Shown: piece by piece, positions 35,639 to 45,552 of the stretch
How positions within the stretch are numbered: position 1 is the stretch's first letter
Layout of the letters: every line of letters begins with the position of its first letter
Source of the DNA: a bacterium
GTDB taxonomy: Bacteria; Krumholzibacteriota; Krumholzibacteriia; LZORAL124-64-63
Assembly: GCA_018829565.1 (NCBI GenBank)
Contig: JAHJTW010000142.1
Coordinates: 1 to 51,207, forward strand
Direction of reading: 5' to 3'
Length of the DNA stretch: 51,207 bases
The notes under the pieces: model-generated
Database searches by the model: none
Seen by the model: only the letters and a program-made list of their open reading frames with translations
What the model was told of the DNA's origin: nothing
Translations under genes and position numbers: made by a program

Positions 35639-37084
35639 CTAGAACATGCTCCACAGCATCTGGTTGGTCACCTCGTGGTGGAACATGATCTCGGCGCGCT
35701 TGATGCGGTTCCCCAGTTCGCGGGGGCAACGGTGGGCGCACATCTGCTTGAGCTCGAGGTACTTGGCGTGGCTGTCCGGCTCCATGAGTTCGCGGACCCA
35801 CCCGCTGCGCCGGTAGGTGGTCATGGCGTCGTAGATGTTCCCCGGCAGCAGCCGCTTGCGGATGCGCTTCGGCTTGGGGGCGTCCTTCGGCGGTTCGGGA
35901 CCTTCCAGCCCGGTCTTCAGAAGGGCATAGATCACCAGGTAGGGGTTGGCGTCCGGGCCCACCGAGCGTATCTCCAGACGCTGGCCCGCGGGCCCGGCGT
36001 AGGGGATGCGGATCATGGAGCTGCGGTCGACGCTGCTGGCGGCGATCTCGTTGGGCGCCTCGAAGGCGGGGTCGAGACGGCGGTAGGCGTTGACGCTGGC
36101 GTTGAGGATCAAACACAGATCCTCGGCGCTGTGCAGGATGCGCCGGGTGAACTTCCTGCCCAGGGCGGACAGGTTGTCCTTGCCCTTGTCGTCCCAGAAC
36201 TGGTTCACGCCGTCCCTGGCCAGGCTGATGTTGGTGTGCATGCCGCTGCCGTTGATCCCGGTGACGGGCTTGGGCAGGAAGCTGGCGGTCATGTCCATGC
36301 TCTGGGCGACCTGGCGGCAGAGCAGCTTGTACAGCTGGACCCGGTCCGCCGCGATGAGCGCCGGCGCGTACCTGAAGTTCATCTCGAACTGGCTGGGGCC
36401 CACCTCGGGGTGATCCTTCTCGTTCTCGAAGGCCATGGCGCGCTGCACCTCGGCCGCTGCATCGATGAACCTGCGCAAAGGGTCCTGGGGCAGGCTGTTG
36501 AAGTAACCCCCGGTGGAGATGAGTTCGAACTTGCCGGTCCGGTAGTACCTGCGCTCGGCATCGCGACCGTTGAACAGGAAGCCCTCGATCTCCGTGGCCA
36601 CGTTGGCCACCAGGCCTTGTTCCCGATGCAGCTTCTCGGTGTAGGCCAGCAGACGCCCCCGGAAGTCCGCCTCGTAGGGCCGCCCGTCCCGGTCGAGCAC
36701 GTGGCCGAAGACCAGGACCTTCCCGGGACCGAAGATGTCGGCCGGCATCCAGTAGAAGGCCCGCCAGTCGATCTCCAGGCGCAGGTCGCTTTCCGCGATC
36801 GCGGTGAAGCCGCGGATGGAGGACCCGTCGAAGGTCAGGATGTCGCTCTTCAGCAGGAACTTCTTGTCGTAGTCCAGCATGTGGAAGCGGCCCTCGAGAT
36901 CGGTGAAGGCCACGGTGACGGCCTTGATGCGCTTCTCGGACTCCAGGTAGCTCCGCCTCTCCGCCTCGACCTCGTCCATGGGTCGCCACTGCAGCTTGTT
37001 GTCCAGGGATGTCAGGTTGAGTTCCTCGAGCTTCTCGTAGGGGATTTCCAGGAATTCGCGCAGGGGGGCGTTGGACGGGGTCAT
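35639..37084 (-). CDS. glnA: Glutamine synthetase type I family protein
   Basis: FDGSSIRGF, HPEVGPSQFE, PKPVTGINGSGMHTNISL, NAYRRL, FEAP, RLEIRS..PDANPY. Confidence 0.85.
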   Translation of the reverse strand: MTPSNAPLREFLEIPYEKLEELNLTSLDNKLQWRPMDEVEAERRSYLESEKRIKAVTVAFTDLEGRFHMLDYDKKFLLKSDILTFDGSSIRGFTAIAESDLRLEIDWRAFYWMPADIFGPGKVLVFGHVLDRDGRPYEADFRGRLLAYTEKLHREQGLVANVATEIEGFLFNGRDAERRYYRTGKFELISTGGYFNSLPQDPLRRFIDAAAEVQRAMAFENEKDHPEVGPSQFEMNFRYAPALIAADRVQLYKLLCRQVAQSMDMTASFLPKPVTGINGSGMHTNISLARDGVNQFWDDKGKDNLSALGRKFTRRILHSAEDLCLILNASVNAYRRLDPAFEAPNEIAASSVDRSSMIRIPYAGPAGQRLEIRSVGPDANPYLVIYALLKTGLEGPEPPKDAPKPKRIRKRLLPGNIYDAMTTYRRSGWVRELMEPDSHAKYLELKQMCAHRCPRELGNRIKRAEIMFHHEVTNQMLWSMF

Positions 37085-37135
37085 GGTCGGCCTTTCGGGC
37101 TGGGATGACAGGGGAATCCGTCGATAATCAAGGCC

Positions 37136-37216
37136 ATTATAACACTATTATTGCCAAAAATAACCTAAATTAAATCATAAATTTGGAAATTTTTCGAAAA
37201 ATTTTCGAATTATGAT
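37136..37216 (-). promoter_or_regulatory. glnA promoter region: extended -10 and AT-rich palindrome
   Basis: TGTTATAAT on minus (37144-37136); perfect palindrome AAATTTTTCGAAAAATTT at 37187-37204. Confidence 0.5.
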
Positions 37217-37360
37217 GAATTTGCCTGAATTTAAGCTTATTCATGAGAACGTGATTTTTGATTGACTGGAGTCACCTCCGTTCCGGGCCGGATTGACGCA
37301 GGGGAAATATCCATCTAAGGTATCGGGTAACGTAACATCCCTATCCGAAAGAGGTTTCCC

Positions 37361-37783
37361 ATGAAGCATTGCCCGAATCCCAGCTGCGGAGGCCGGGAGA
37401 AGTTCGGCATCATCTCCGAGTTCACCGATGAGGCCACCGTCTGCTCGGACTGCGGCGGCGTCCTGGTGGACGGACCCGCCCCCGATGCGCACGATGGTCT
37501 GCCGGAACCGGAGCCCGATCTCCAGCTGGTTCCGGTCCTTTCGGTCACCAGCGAGAGCGACCTCCTGATCATCGAGAGCCTGCTCGCAGACGCGGGCATC
37601 CCCTATCTCGCCCGCGGGCAGCAGATCCAGGACCTGTTCGGCATCGGGCGCCTGGTCGGCGTCAACCCGATCACCGAGCCGGTGGAATTCCTTGTCGCAG
37701 CCGGGGATCACGACGCGGCTCGCAGCGTCCTGGCCGACTTCCTGCAACCGAGCGGGGAAGAGGATCAGGGCAGCGTCCCGTAG
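37361..37783 (+). CDS. Zinc-ribbon + DUF2007-like small protein
   Basis: CPNPSC...CSDCGGVLV N-terminus; IIESLLADAGIPY...VEFLV....AARSVL; GAGG RBS. Confidence 0.7.
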   Translation: MKHCPNPSCGGREKFGIISEFTDEATVCSDCGGVLVDGPAPDAHDGLPEPEPDLQLVPVLSVTSESDLLIIESLLADAGIPYLARGQQIQDLFGIGRLVGVNPITEPVEFLVAAGDHDAARSVLADFLQPSGEEDQGSVP

Positions 37784-38574
37784 ACCCTCACGTAATCGAT
37801 GAGCATGGTCTGGGGAAAGACGGTCGTCTCGTCGGGATAACCGGGCCAGCGCCCGCCCACGGCGACGTTCAGCAGGATGAAGAAGGGGTGGTCGTAGACC
37901 CAGGTCGCCCCCGCGGGCATGTCCGCCCGCTTGACCGAGTGATAGGTGTAGCCGTCGACGGTCCAGACGATGGAGTCGGGGGTCCAGTCGACGGCGAACT
38001 CGTGGAACCCCAGGTTGAAACCGCCCTGGGAGATCTCGTGGCGGGAACTGATGGCATTGTCGCCGTAGTGCCCCGGACCGTGAATGGTCCCGTGGATGAC
38101 CCCGGGTTCGTGCCCCCGGTACTCCATGACGTCGATCTCGCCGCAGGCGGGCCAGCCCACGTCGTCGATGTCCTCGCCCAGCATCCAGAAAGCCGGCCAG
38201 ATCCCCTGACCGATGGGCAGCTTGATGCGGGCCTCGAACCGGCCGTAGGTGCGCTCGAACAGGTCCTTGGTCTTGATGCGGCCCGAGGTGTAGGGCTGCC
38301 CCTCGTATTCCTGTTCCCGGGCGGTGATGGCCAGGTTGCCCTTCCCGTCCAGGCTCACGTTGTCCGCCAGGTCCGTGTCCCACTCGAGCTGGGCGTTGCC
38401 CCAGTCGGTGCCCGTGTCGAACCGCCAGCGCTCCGAGTCCGGCAACTGCCCCGCCGGGCCGTCGAATTCGTCCTGCCAGACGAGACCGTACCCGGGAGAT
38501 GCATCGTCCCCCTTGCAGCCCGCCGCCGCGAGGCCCAGGGCGAGGCAGACCAGCGCCGCGCACCTGCGCGTCAT
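37765..38574 (-). CDS. GH16 endo-beta-1,3-glucanase (laminarinase-type) lipoprotein
   Basis: Lipobox AAAG-C; LVWQDEFDG, YTSGRI, GIWPAFWMLG, WPACGEIDVME, ILLNVAVGG, DYVRVY. Confidence 0.92.
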   Translation of the reverse strand: MTRRCAALVCLALGLAAAGCKGDDASPGYGLVWQDEFDGPAGQLPDSERWRFDTGTDWGNAQLEWDTDLADNVSLDGKGNLAITAREQEYEGQPYTSGRIKTKDLFERTYGRFEARIKLPIGQGIWPAFWMLGEDIDDVGWPACGEIDVMEYRGHEPGVIHGTIHGPGHYGDNAISSRHEISQGGFNLGFHEFAVDWTPDSIVWTVDGYTYHSVKRADMPAGATWVYDHPFFILLNVAVGGRWPGYPDETTVFPQTMLIDYVRVYGTLP

Positions 38575-39833
38575 CGCTCGGCCTCCTCCACGGTGGGGAC
38601 GGGGATCTCGGGGAACAGCCGCGAGTCGCCGAGGCTCGCCTTGAGGACCAGGGTCGCCGCCCCGATGGCCACCGACCGCGGGCCCAGCTCGCTGATCACG
38701 ATGTCGGCGGCGGCCACCGAGCTGATGAGGGTGCGGTTCTTCACCCGGTCACGCAGGGGATCGAGCAACAGGTTGCCCAATTGGACCAGATCGCCGCCCA
38801 GGACGACCACCGACGGATTCATGAGGTTCAGCAGGCCGGCCACGGCCGTGCCCAGGTGCTTGGCGACCTCTCCGACGACCTTCAGGGCCAGGGGATCGCC
38901 CGCCAGGGCGGCGTCCTCGATCTCGAGGACGGTGAACGGCCGCCCGGCAAGGGTGCTTTCGGGGAACTCCGGCAACAGTTCGGCGGCCCGCTCCTGCAGG
39001 GCCTGGCCCCCGACCAGGGTGGCCAGACAGCCGCGCAGTCCGCAGACGCAGCGCTTGCCCTGGGGATCGATGGCCAGGTGACCGATCTCCCCCGCGACAC
39101 CCGTGGCCCCGCGGTAGATCTCGCCGCCGATGATGTGCCCCGACCCCACGCCCGTGGCGACCTTGATGTAGGCCAGGTGGTCCACGCCGCCGCCCTGGCC
39201 CCACCAGTGCTCGGCCAGCGCGCCCAGGTTGGCGTCGTTGTCCACGAAGATGGGCACCCCGAACCGCTCGCCCAGATCCTCGAGGCCGTGGCGTCCCTCC
39301 CAGGCGGGCATGACGACCCGGGACAGGCCGTCGGGCCGCGAGGGATCCACCGGGCTGGGCACCGCGACGCCGATGCCCACCAGGGGACGTCCCCCGGCAG
39401 GGGAGGATTCCAGGCACCTGGCACAGAGCTCGGCGATGAGGCGGCGGGTTCCCGCCGGGTCCGACCGCACCGGATGACCCCGGGTCTCCCAGGCCAGCAC
39501 GCGGCCCCGCAGGTCGGTCAGAGCGACGGCCACGTGGGCCCCGCCCATCTCCACACCGAGGATGACGCAGGAATCGTCGCGGAATTCCAGGACGATGGGG
39601 CGGCGGCCGCCGCGGGACGGCCCCTCGCCGATCTCGGACACCAGCCCCAGGGGCAGGATCTCGCCCACCACCTCGGACACGGTGGACCGGGACAGGCCCG
39701 CCAGGCGGGCGATCTCGGCGCGGGAGATCCGGCGCGCGTTCCAGATCAGGCGCAGGACGGCATCCGCCAGGGGACGGGGATGATCGGGCGCCGAGCGTCT
39801 CAGGCCTTTCCAGATGGGATTTTCATTGAACAA
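38571..39833 (-). CDS. ROK-family transcriptional repressor (XylR/NagC-like)
   Basis: ISRAEIARLAGLSRSTVS HTH, GGRRP, DNDANLGALAE, GEIGH, CVCGLRGC. TTG start inferred from a GAGG RBS (start uncertain). Confidence 0.9.
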   Translation of the reverse strand: MFNENPIWKGLRRSAPDHPRPLADAVLRLIWNARRISRAEIARLAGLSRSTVSEVVGEILPLGLVSEIGEGPSRGGRRPIVLEFRDDSCVILGVEMGGAHVAVALTDLRGRVLAWETRGHPVRSDPAGTRRLIAELCARCLESSPAGGRPLVGIGVAVPSPVDPSRPDGLSRVVMPAWEGRHGLEDLGERFGVPIFVDNDANLGALAEHWWGQGGGVDHLAYIKVATGVGSGHIIGGEIYRGATGVAGEIGHLAIDPQGKRCVCGLRGCLATLVGGQALQERAAELLPEFPESTLAGRPFTVLEIEDAALAGDPLALKVVGEVAKHLGTAVAGLLNLMNPSVVVLGGDLVQLGNLLLDPLRDRVKNRTLISSVAAADIVISELGPRSVAIGAATLVLKASLGDSRLFPEIPVPTVEEAER

Positions 39834-40024
39834 CAATCGACCTCGTGGTGGCTCGGTTGGAATCTCGGTGGTTAATCCGCCCAATACTATGTGTGCCGGT
39901 AGATGTTGTCCATCAAGACCCGTTGAAGGGTGTCGACACACAAAACGCGACTTCAAGTTAACGGGCACCGCATCCGGGAAAGGTCGATGGGGGACCGGCC
40001 GATCCGATCATGATCGCGGACCAA

Positions 40025-40075
40025 ACTTTGTGCGGCCACCGATCAAAGTATGCCCCAGCGCCAGGGGACTGTCAA
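40025..40075 (-). promoter_or_regulatory. ROK-gene promoter TTGACA-N17-CATACT with overlapping operator (40025-40049)
   Basis: -35 at 40075-40070, -10 at 40052-40047; operator ACTTTGTGCGGCCACCGATCAAAGT. Confidence 0.75.
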
Positions 40076-40108
40076 GGATCGGACCGAACACCGGCGGTGG
40101 ATTGGAAC

Positions 40109-42751
40109 CTACCTGCGGGTCGGTGGGACCATCTTCTTCTCCTGACCCGCCGCCGCAGAAGCCGTCATGACGAACCCCGCAGCGGTGGTGTCCAGGGTCA
40201 CGGTGCTCTCGGGATGCACCTCGCCGGCGAGGATCAGGTCGGCCAGACGGTCCTGCACCTCGCGCTGGATGACCCGCTTGATGGGCCGCGCCCCGAAGCG
40301 CGGGTCGAAACCCAGCTCCGCCAGGCGGGCGACGGCGGCGTCGGTGGCCGTCAGGGTCACGTCCTGTTCCTCGAGGCTCTTGCCCACCTTGGCCAGCTCG
40401 AGCCTGACGATGGTGGCGATCTGGTCCTTGCCCAGGGCGTTGAACCGCACGATGCCGTCCAGCCGGTTCAGGAACTCGGGCCGGAAGTGGCCGTGCAGCC
40501 CCTCGAGGATGCGGTTCTCCCGCTCGATCCTCTCCTGCTCCGTCTCGTCGCGGCGGACAGGGGTCTCGTACTCGGGCCCCTGGCACAGGTTGCTGGTCAT
40601 GATGACCAGGGTGTTGGTGAAGTTCACCACGCGACCCTTGCCGTCGGTGAGCCGGCCGTCGTCAAGCAGCTGCAGCAGCACGTTCATCACCTCGGGGTGG
40701 GCCTTCTCCACCTCGTCCAGCAGGATCACGCTGTAGGGATGGCGGCGCACCGCCTCGGTCAGCTGGCCTCCGGACTCGTAGCCCACGTAGCCGGGAGGGG
40801 CGCCGATCATCCGCGCCACCGCGTGGCGCTCCATGTACTCCGACATGTCCAGCCGCACCAGATGGGTGTCGTCGCCGAACAGCTGCTCGGTGACGGCCTT
40901 GGCCAGCTCGGTCTTGCCCACGCCCGTGGGTCCCAGGAACAGGAACGAGCCCAGGGGCCGCCGGCGGTCGGTCAGACCCGCGCGCGAACGCCGGATGGTC
41001 CGCGCCACCTTGGCGACCGCCTCGTCCTGGCCGACCACCCGTTCGGTGATGCGCTGCTCGAGCTCGCGCAGCTTGGCCATCTCGTCCTCGACCAGGCGCT
41101 GCGCGGGGATGCCGGTCCAGCGGGCCACCAGCTCGGCGATGTCGTTCTCCTGGACCTCTTCCTTCAGCAGCGGCTGGTCGCCCTGGATGCGGGCCAGCTC
41201 GGCGTAGGCCTGCTTGATCTGCTTCTCCAGGCCGGTCTGGCCGCTGTACTTCAGCTCGCTGGCGCGGGCCAGGTCGCCGCGGCGTTCGGCGGCCTCCATC
41301 TCCAGCTGCAGGTTCTCCTGCTGCTTCTGCAGGGCGCGGATGGCGTCGATGGCCTCGCGCTCCTGCTCCCAGCGGGCCTTGACCTTGCCCAGGTCGTCGT
41401 TCAGCTCGGCGATCTGGTGGTCGATGACCTCGCGCCTCGCCACCGCGGACTTGTCCTTCTCCTTCTCCAGGGCCAGGCGCTCCATCTCCAGCTGGTTGAG
41501 CTGGCGCTGCAGGTCGTCCACCTCGCCCGGCACCGAGTCGATCTCCATGCGCAGGCGGCTGGCGGCCTCGTCCATCAGGTCGATGGCCTTGTCCGGCAGC
41601 ATGCGGTCGGGGATGTACCGCTGCGACAGCTTCACCGCCGCGACGATCGCCCCGTCGGTGATGCGGATGCCGTGGTGCACCTCGTAGCGTTCCTTCAGGC
41701 CGCGCAGGATGGCCACGGCCTGCTCCCACGAGGGCTCCTCGACCATCACCGGCTGGAACCGCCGTTCGAGCGCCGGGTCCTTCTCGATGTGCTGGCGGTA
41801 CTCGTCGATGGTGGTCGCGCCCACGCAGTGCAGATCGCCGCGGGCCAGCGCCGGCTTGAGGATGTTGCTGGCGTCCATGGCGCCGCTGGTCGCCCCGGCG
41901 CCGACCAGGGTGTGCATCTCGTCGATGAACAGCAGGACCTCGCCCTCCTGTTCGGTCACCTCCTTGATGACCTTCTTCAGGCGGTCCTCGAACTCGCCGC
42001 GGTACTTGGTGCCGGCGATGAGCGCGCCCATGTCCAGCGCGAGCACCCGCTTGCCCTTCAGGCCCTCGGGCACGTCCCCCTCGACCAGGCGGCGCGCCAG
42101 ACCCTCGACCACGGCGGTCTTGCCCACGCCGGGCGAGCCGATGAGCACCGGGTTGTTCTTGGTGCGGCGGCTGAGGATCTGGATGGTCCTGCGGATCTCC
42201 TCGTCGCGGCCGATGATCGGGTCGATCTTGCCCTCCCGCACGGCCGCGCACAGGTCGCGGGCGTACTGTTCCAGCGCCGAGTCCTTCCCGTCGCCCACGC
42301 CGGATTCGTCGTCGCCCTGGTAGGCTCCGGTCGCCCCGGTCGCCTCCAGCGCCCGGGCCATCTTCGCCGCGGTGACGTCGAAGGTCTTCAGCACGCTGCC
42401 CGCCCGGCCGGTGTCCGCCGCCAGCGCCAGCAGCAGCTCGCGGGTGCCGACCATCCCGCCGCCCTTCTTGGCCAGGCTCTCGGCTTCGAGGAAGAGCTTC
42501 TGGAGCTCGCGGCTGGGACCGGGGACGTCCTGGCTGGCCACCGTCGGCAGCGATTGCAGCTCCTGCTCGCAGGTGCGCGCGATCAGGCCGGGATCGAGTT
42601 CCATCCCCCGCAGGGTGTTGGTGGCCAGGCCCGTCTCGCTGAGCAGGGCCCACAGCAGGTGCAGCGGCTCCAGCTCCGCATGCTTGGATTCATAAGCCCT
42701 GGACTGAGCCTTCTGGATGGCCTCCATGGCGTTCACGGTCAGGTTCTTCAT
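40109..42751 (-). CDS. clpB: ATP-dependent chaperone ClpB
   Basis: Two AAA+ modules ([16 protein letters not shown]), long coiled-coil middle domain, [21 protein letters not shown]. Confidence 0.96.
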   Translation of the reverse strand: MKNLTVNAMEAIQKAQSRAYESKHAELEPLHLLWALLSETGLATNTLRGMELDPGLIARTCEQELQSLPTVASQDVPGPSRELQKLFLEAESLAKKGGGMVGTRELLLALAADTGRAGSVLKTFDVTAAKMARALEATGATGAYQGDDESGVGDGKDSALEQYARDLCAAVREGKIDPIIGRDEEIRRTIQILSRRTKNNPVLIGSPGVGKTAVVEGLARRLVEGDVPEGLKGKRVLALDMGALIAGTKYRGEFEDRLKKVIKEVTEQEGEVLLFIDEMHTLVGAGATSGAMDASNILKPALARGDLHCVGATTIDEYRQHIEKDPALERRFQPVMVEEPSWEQAVAILRGLKERYEVHHGIRITDGAIVAAVKLSQRYIPDRMLPDKAIDLMDEAASRLRMEIDSVPGEVDDLQRQLNQLEMERLALEKEKDKSAVARREVIDHQIAELNDDLGKVKARWEQEREAIDAIRALQKQQENLQLEMEAAERRGDLARASELKYSGQTGLEKQIKQAYAELARIQGDQPLLKEEVQENDIAELVARWTGIPAQRLVEDEMAKLRELEQRITERVVGQDEAVAKVARTIRRSRAGLTDRRRPLGSFLFLGPTGVGKTELAKAVTEQLFGDDTHLVRLDMSEYMERHAVARMIGAPPGYVGYESGGQLTEAVRRHPYSVILLDEVEKAHPEVMNVLLQLLDDGRLTDGKGRVVNFTNTLVIMTSNLCQGPEYETPVRRDETEQERIERENRILEGLHGHFRPEFLNRLDGIVRFNALGKDQIATIVRLELAKVGKSLEEQDVTLTATDAAVARLAELGFDPRFGARPIKRVIQREVQDRLADLILAGEVHPESTVTLDTTAAGFVMTASAAAGQEKKMVPPTRR

Positions 42752-42813
42752 CGGTGTTCCCCTTCGCTTTCGACCAACCCCCGGGGGGTATTCGCTTTGT
42801 TCGGGGTGAGCCA

Positions 42814-42829
42814 TGCAGGGGGGATGCCA
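42814..42829 (-). promoter_or_regulatory. Candidate sigma54 (-24/-12) promoter of clpB
   Basis: TGGCATCCCCCCTGCA, i.e. GG-N10-GC, about 60 nt upstream of the ATG. Confidence 0.55.
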
Positions 42830-42968
42830 GAACCGATAAATCCATAATATGTTGTAATAGAATAACTTCCAAAAATCGTATTCGGTATGCAATTTCAGAT
42901 CCTGCCAAAAGCAGACAAAATGACATGACAAATTGGCTTGAAGCGGGTGGGGGCGGGGACCGTGAGCC

Positions 42969-43154
42969 TCAATCACTGGGGACGGGGAGCTTGAGGGCCT
43001 TGCAGAGGTACTTCCTGGCGGAAGCGACCCGACCGCAGGTCTTGCAGGCGAACTTGGGATCCCGGACGATGGGAAAGAGCTGGTCCATCTGCTTGTCGAA
43101 GGATCCCTTCTCCCACTTGCAGATTTCCTTCGGTTTTTTGCTCATGGCTCCCAT
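42969..43154 (-). CDS. Small basic Cys-rich hypothetical protein
   Basis: ICKW...IVRDPKFACKTCGRVA....LCK; four Cys; start at 43154 or 43145. Confidence 0.7.
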   Translation of the reverse strand: MGAMSKKPKEICKWEKGSFDKQMDQLFPIVRDPKFACKTCGRVASARKYLCKALKLPVPSD

Positions 43155-43314
43155 CCGTCTCCGTCATTCCACCCTGTCACCATTGAATTCGGACCGACTC
43201 CATTGATAATGAGAAATTTGTAAATCCACTAGCCCCGCATGGATGATTCACCACCCCGCTCTTATCTTTTTCCCGTTGAACCCCAGGAAGCCAGGCCCCA
43301 GCAGGGATACGGCC

Positions 43315-45552
43315 ATGGACCAGGATACCCACGACCTCCAGGTTGCGTCCGGCCCGCAATTTGCTGACATTGCCCCCGAGGAAGAGTCCTTCAGCTCGGA
43401 CCTTGGCGAAGGGGAACCCGTCGGCGTGGACAAACCATCCCAGGACCTCGACCTTTCCCGCCGGGAATCCCGGTACGTGAACCGGGAACTGGGACTTCTC
43501 CGGTTCCAGTACCGGGTCCTCGAAGAGGCCATGGATCCCCGCAACCCCCTGCTGGAGCGGGTCAAGTTCCTGTCCATCGTCGGCTCGAACCTGGACGAGT
43601 TCTTCATGGTCCGGCTCGGGGGACTGGTCATGCAGCAGCGGGCCGGCATCGTCGATCTTTCCATCGACGGCAAGAGCCCGGCCGACCAGCTGGCCGCCAT
43701 CCGGCCCGTGGCCGAGGACCTCATGCTCAAGGCCTCGGCCCACTGGCGCCAGGTCCTGAAACCCGCCCTGACCGAGGCCGGCATCCAGGTCCTGGACCAC
43801 CAGGAGCTGAACGAAAAGCAGCTCAAGCAGGTCGAGGCCTACTTCCTCAAGTCGATCTTTCCGGTCCTGACGCCCCAGGCCTTCGACCCCGGCCACCCCT
43901 TCCCCCACATCTCCAACCTGAGCCTGAACCTCGCGGTGATGATCAGGGACGCCGAGGGCGAGGAACACTTCGCCCGCATCAAGGTCCCGGCCATCCTGCC
44001 CCGCCTGGTTCCCCTGAAGCGGTCCAGCGGCGGCCAGCGCAAGGACGGAACCGTTCCCTACAACCACTGGTTCGTCTGGCTGGAGCAGGTGATCGCCGCC
44101 CACCTGGGGCACCTCTTTCCCGGGAACGAAATCCTCCAGGCGTATCCCTTCCACGTCACCCGGAACGCCGACATCGCCCTCCAGGAGCTGGAGGCGTCCG
44201 ACCTCCTGGAGACCATGGCGGAGAACATCCACACGCGCCGGTTCAGCCCCGTCATCCGACTTGCCGTCGAACAGGGGCTGTCCAAGGAAGGGCGCAAGGT
44301 CCTGGTCCAGAACCTCGACGTCAACCGCAACGACATCTACGACCTCCCCTCCCCCCTGGTCCTGAGCCACCTCATGCAGCTCTACGACGTCGACCGCTAC
44401 GACCTCAAGGACAAGCCCACGAAGCCGCGCATCCCGACGGTTCTGCGCCCGGAGGCGCCGGACACCGACATCTTCGACGCGATCAGGGCGGGCGACATCC
44501 TCCTCCACCATCCCTACGAATCGTTCGATCCGGTGATCGACTTCCTGAAGACCGCGGTCCGCGACCCGGACGTGCTGGCCATCAAGCAGACCCTCTACCG
44601 GGTCGGCCCCCAGTCCCCGGTCGTCAAGTACCTGCTCGAGGCCCGGCGCGAACACCGCAAGCAGGTCACGGTCCTGGTGGAGCTCAAGGCACGCTTCGAC
44701 GAGGAAAGCAACATCGGCTGGGCCAAGATGCTCGAGCGCGAGGGCGTGCACGTCATCTACGGAATGGTGGGCCTGAAGACCCACGCCAAGACCCTGCTGG
44801 TGGTGCGTCGGGAAGGCAAGGATCTGCGCCGCTACATGCACCTGGGGACCGGCAACTACAACCACACCACGGCCCGCATCTACGAGGATCTGGGCATGTT
44901 CACGTGCGACGAGGACCTGGGCGCCGACCTGACGGACCTCTTCAACTACCTGACCGGCTATTCGGGGATCCGGAGCTTCCGCAAGCTGCTGGTCGCCCCC
45001 TTGAACATGAGGGAGCGGCTGCAGGAACTGATCAGCAGGGAGATGGACCACGCCCGCGAGGGGCGCGAAGCCCGTCTCGTCTTCAAGTGCAACTCCCTGG
45101 TGGACCGTCGGCTCATCGACCAGCTCTACGAGGCCTCCGAAGCGGGCGTCCAGATCGATTTGATCATCCGCGGGCTCTGCTCCCTGCGTCCGGGGGTGCC
45201 CGGCCTGAGCAGGAACATCCGGGTGCGCAGCATCGTCGGCCGGTTCCTCGAGCACAGCCGGATCTACTACTTCCACAACGGCGGTCAGGGCGAGGTCTTC
45301 CTCGGCAGCGCCGACCTGATGACCCGCAACATCGACCATCGGGTCGAGACGCTGTTCCCCATCCGGACCGAACCGCTCGTCCAGCGCCTGCGGGACCAGG
45401 TCCTGCAGGCCTACCTCGACGACAACGTCAAGGCCAGAACGATGCGGCCCGACGGCGGCTACGACCGGGTGAAGGCGGAGCCGGACGCCCCTGCCGTCGA
45501 CGTCCAGGAAATCCTCCTGAGCGGCCTGCACCCCGCCGCGGGTCCGGCCTGA
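43315..45552 (+). CDS. ppk1: Polyphosphate kinase 1
   Basis: NRELG, SNLDEFFMVR, HPFPHISN, LLHHPYESF, AIKQTLYR, ELKARFDEESNI, LKTHAK, GRFLEHSR; start taken at ATG 43315. Confidence 0.96.
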   Translation: MDQDTHDLQVASGPQFADIAPEEESFSSDLGEGEPVGVDKPSQDLDLSRRESRYVNRELGLLRFQYRVLEEAMDPRNPLLERVKFLSIVGSNLDEFFMVRLGGLVMQQRAGIVDLSIDGKSPADQLAAIRPVAEDLMLKASAHWRQVLKPALTEAGIQVLDHQELNEKQLKQVEAYFLKSIFPVLTPQAFDPGHPFPHISNLSLNLAVMIRDAEGEEHFARIKVPAILPRLVPLKRSSGGQRKDGTVPYNHWFVWLEQVIAAHLGHLFPGNEILQAYPFHVTRNADIALQELEASDLLETMAENIHTRRFSPVIRLAVEQGLSKEGRKVLVQNLDVNRNDIYDLPSPLVLSHLMQLYDVDRYDLKDKPTKPRIPTVLRPEAPDTDIFDAIRAGDILLHHPYESFDPVIDFLKTAVRDPDVLAIKQTLYRVGPQSPVVKYLLEARREHRKQVTVLVELKARFDEESNIGWAKMLEREGVHVIYGMVGLKTHAKTLLVVRREGKDLRRYMHLGTGNYNHTTARIYEDLGMFTCDEDLGADLTDLFNYLTGYSGIRSFRKLLVAPLNMRERLQELISREMDHAREGREARLVFKCNSLVDRRLIDQLYEASEAGVQIDLIIRGLCSLRPGVPGLSRNIRVRSIVGRFLEHSRIYYFHNGGQGEVFLGSADLMTRNIDHRVETLFPIRTEPLVQRLRDQVLQAYLDDNVKARTMRPDGGYDRVKAEPDAPAVDVQEILLSGLHPAAGPA

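Noticed and set aside
37140-37157. Sigma54 promoter for glnA (TTGGCA...)
   Set aside because: The -12 position reads GT rather than GC; an extended -10 TGTTATAAT explains the region better.
39886-39910. Fourth ROK operator (ACTATGTGTG...)
   Set aside because: Only one half-site matches; it coincides with a possible second promoter TGGACA-N17-TAGTAT.
42795-42804. CTTTGTTCGG half-site upstream of clpB
   Set aside because: No complementary right arm; probably chance.
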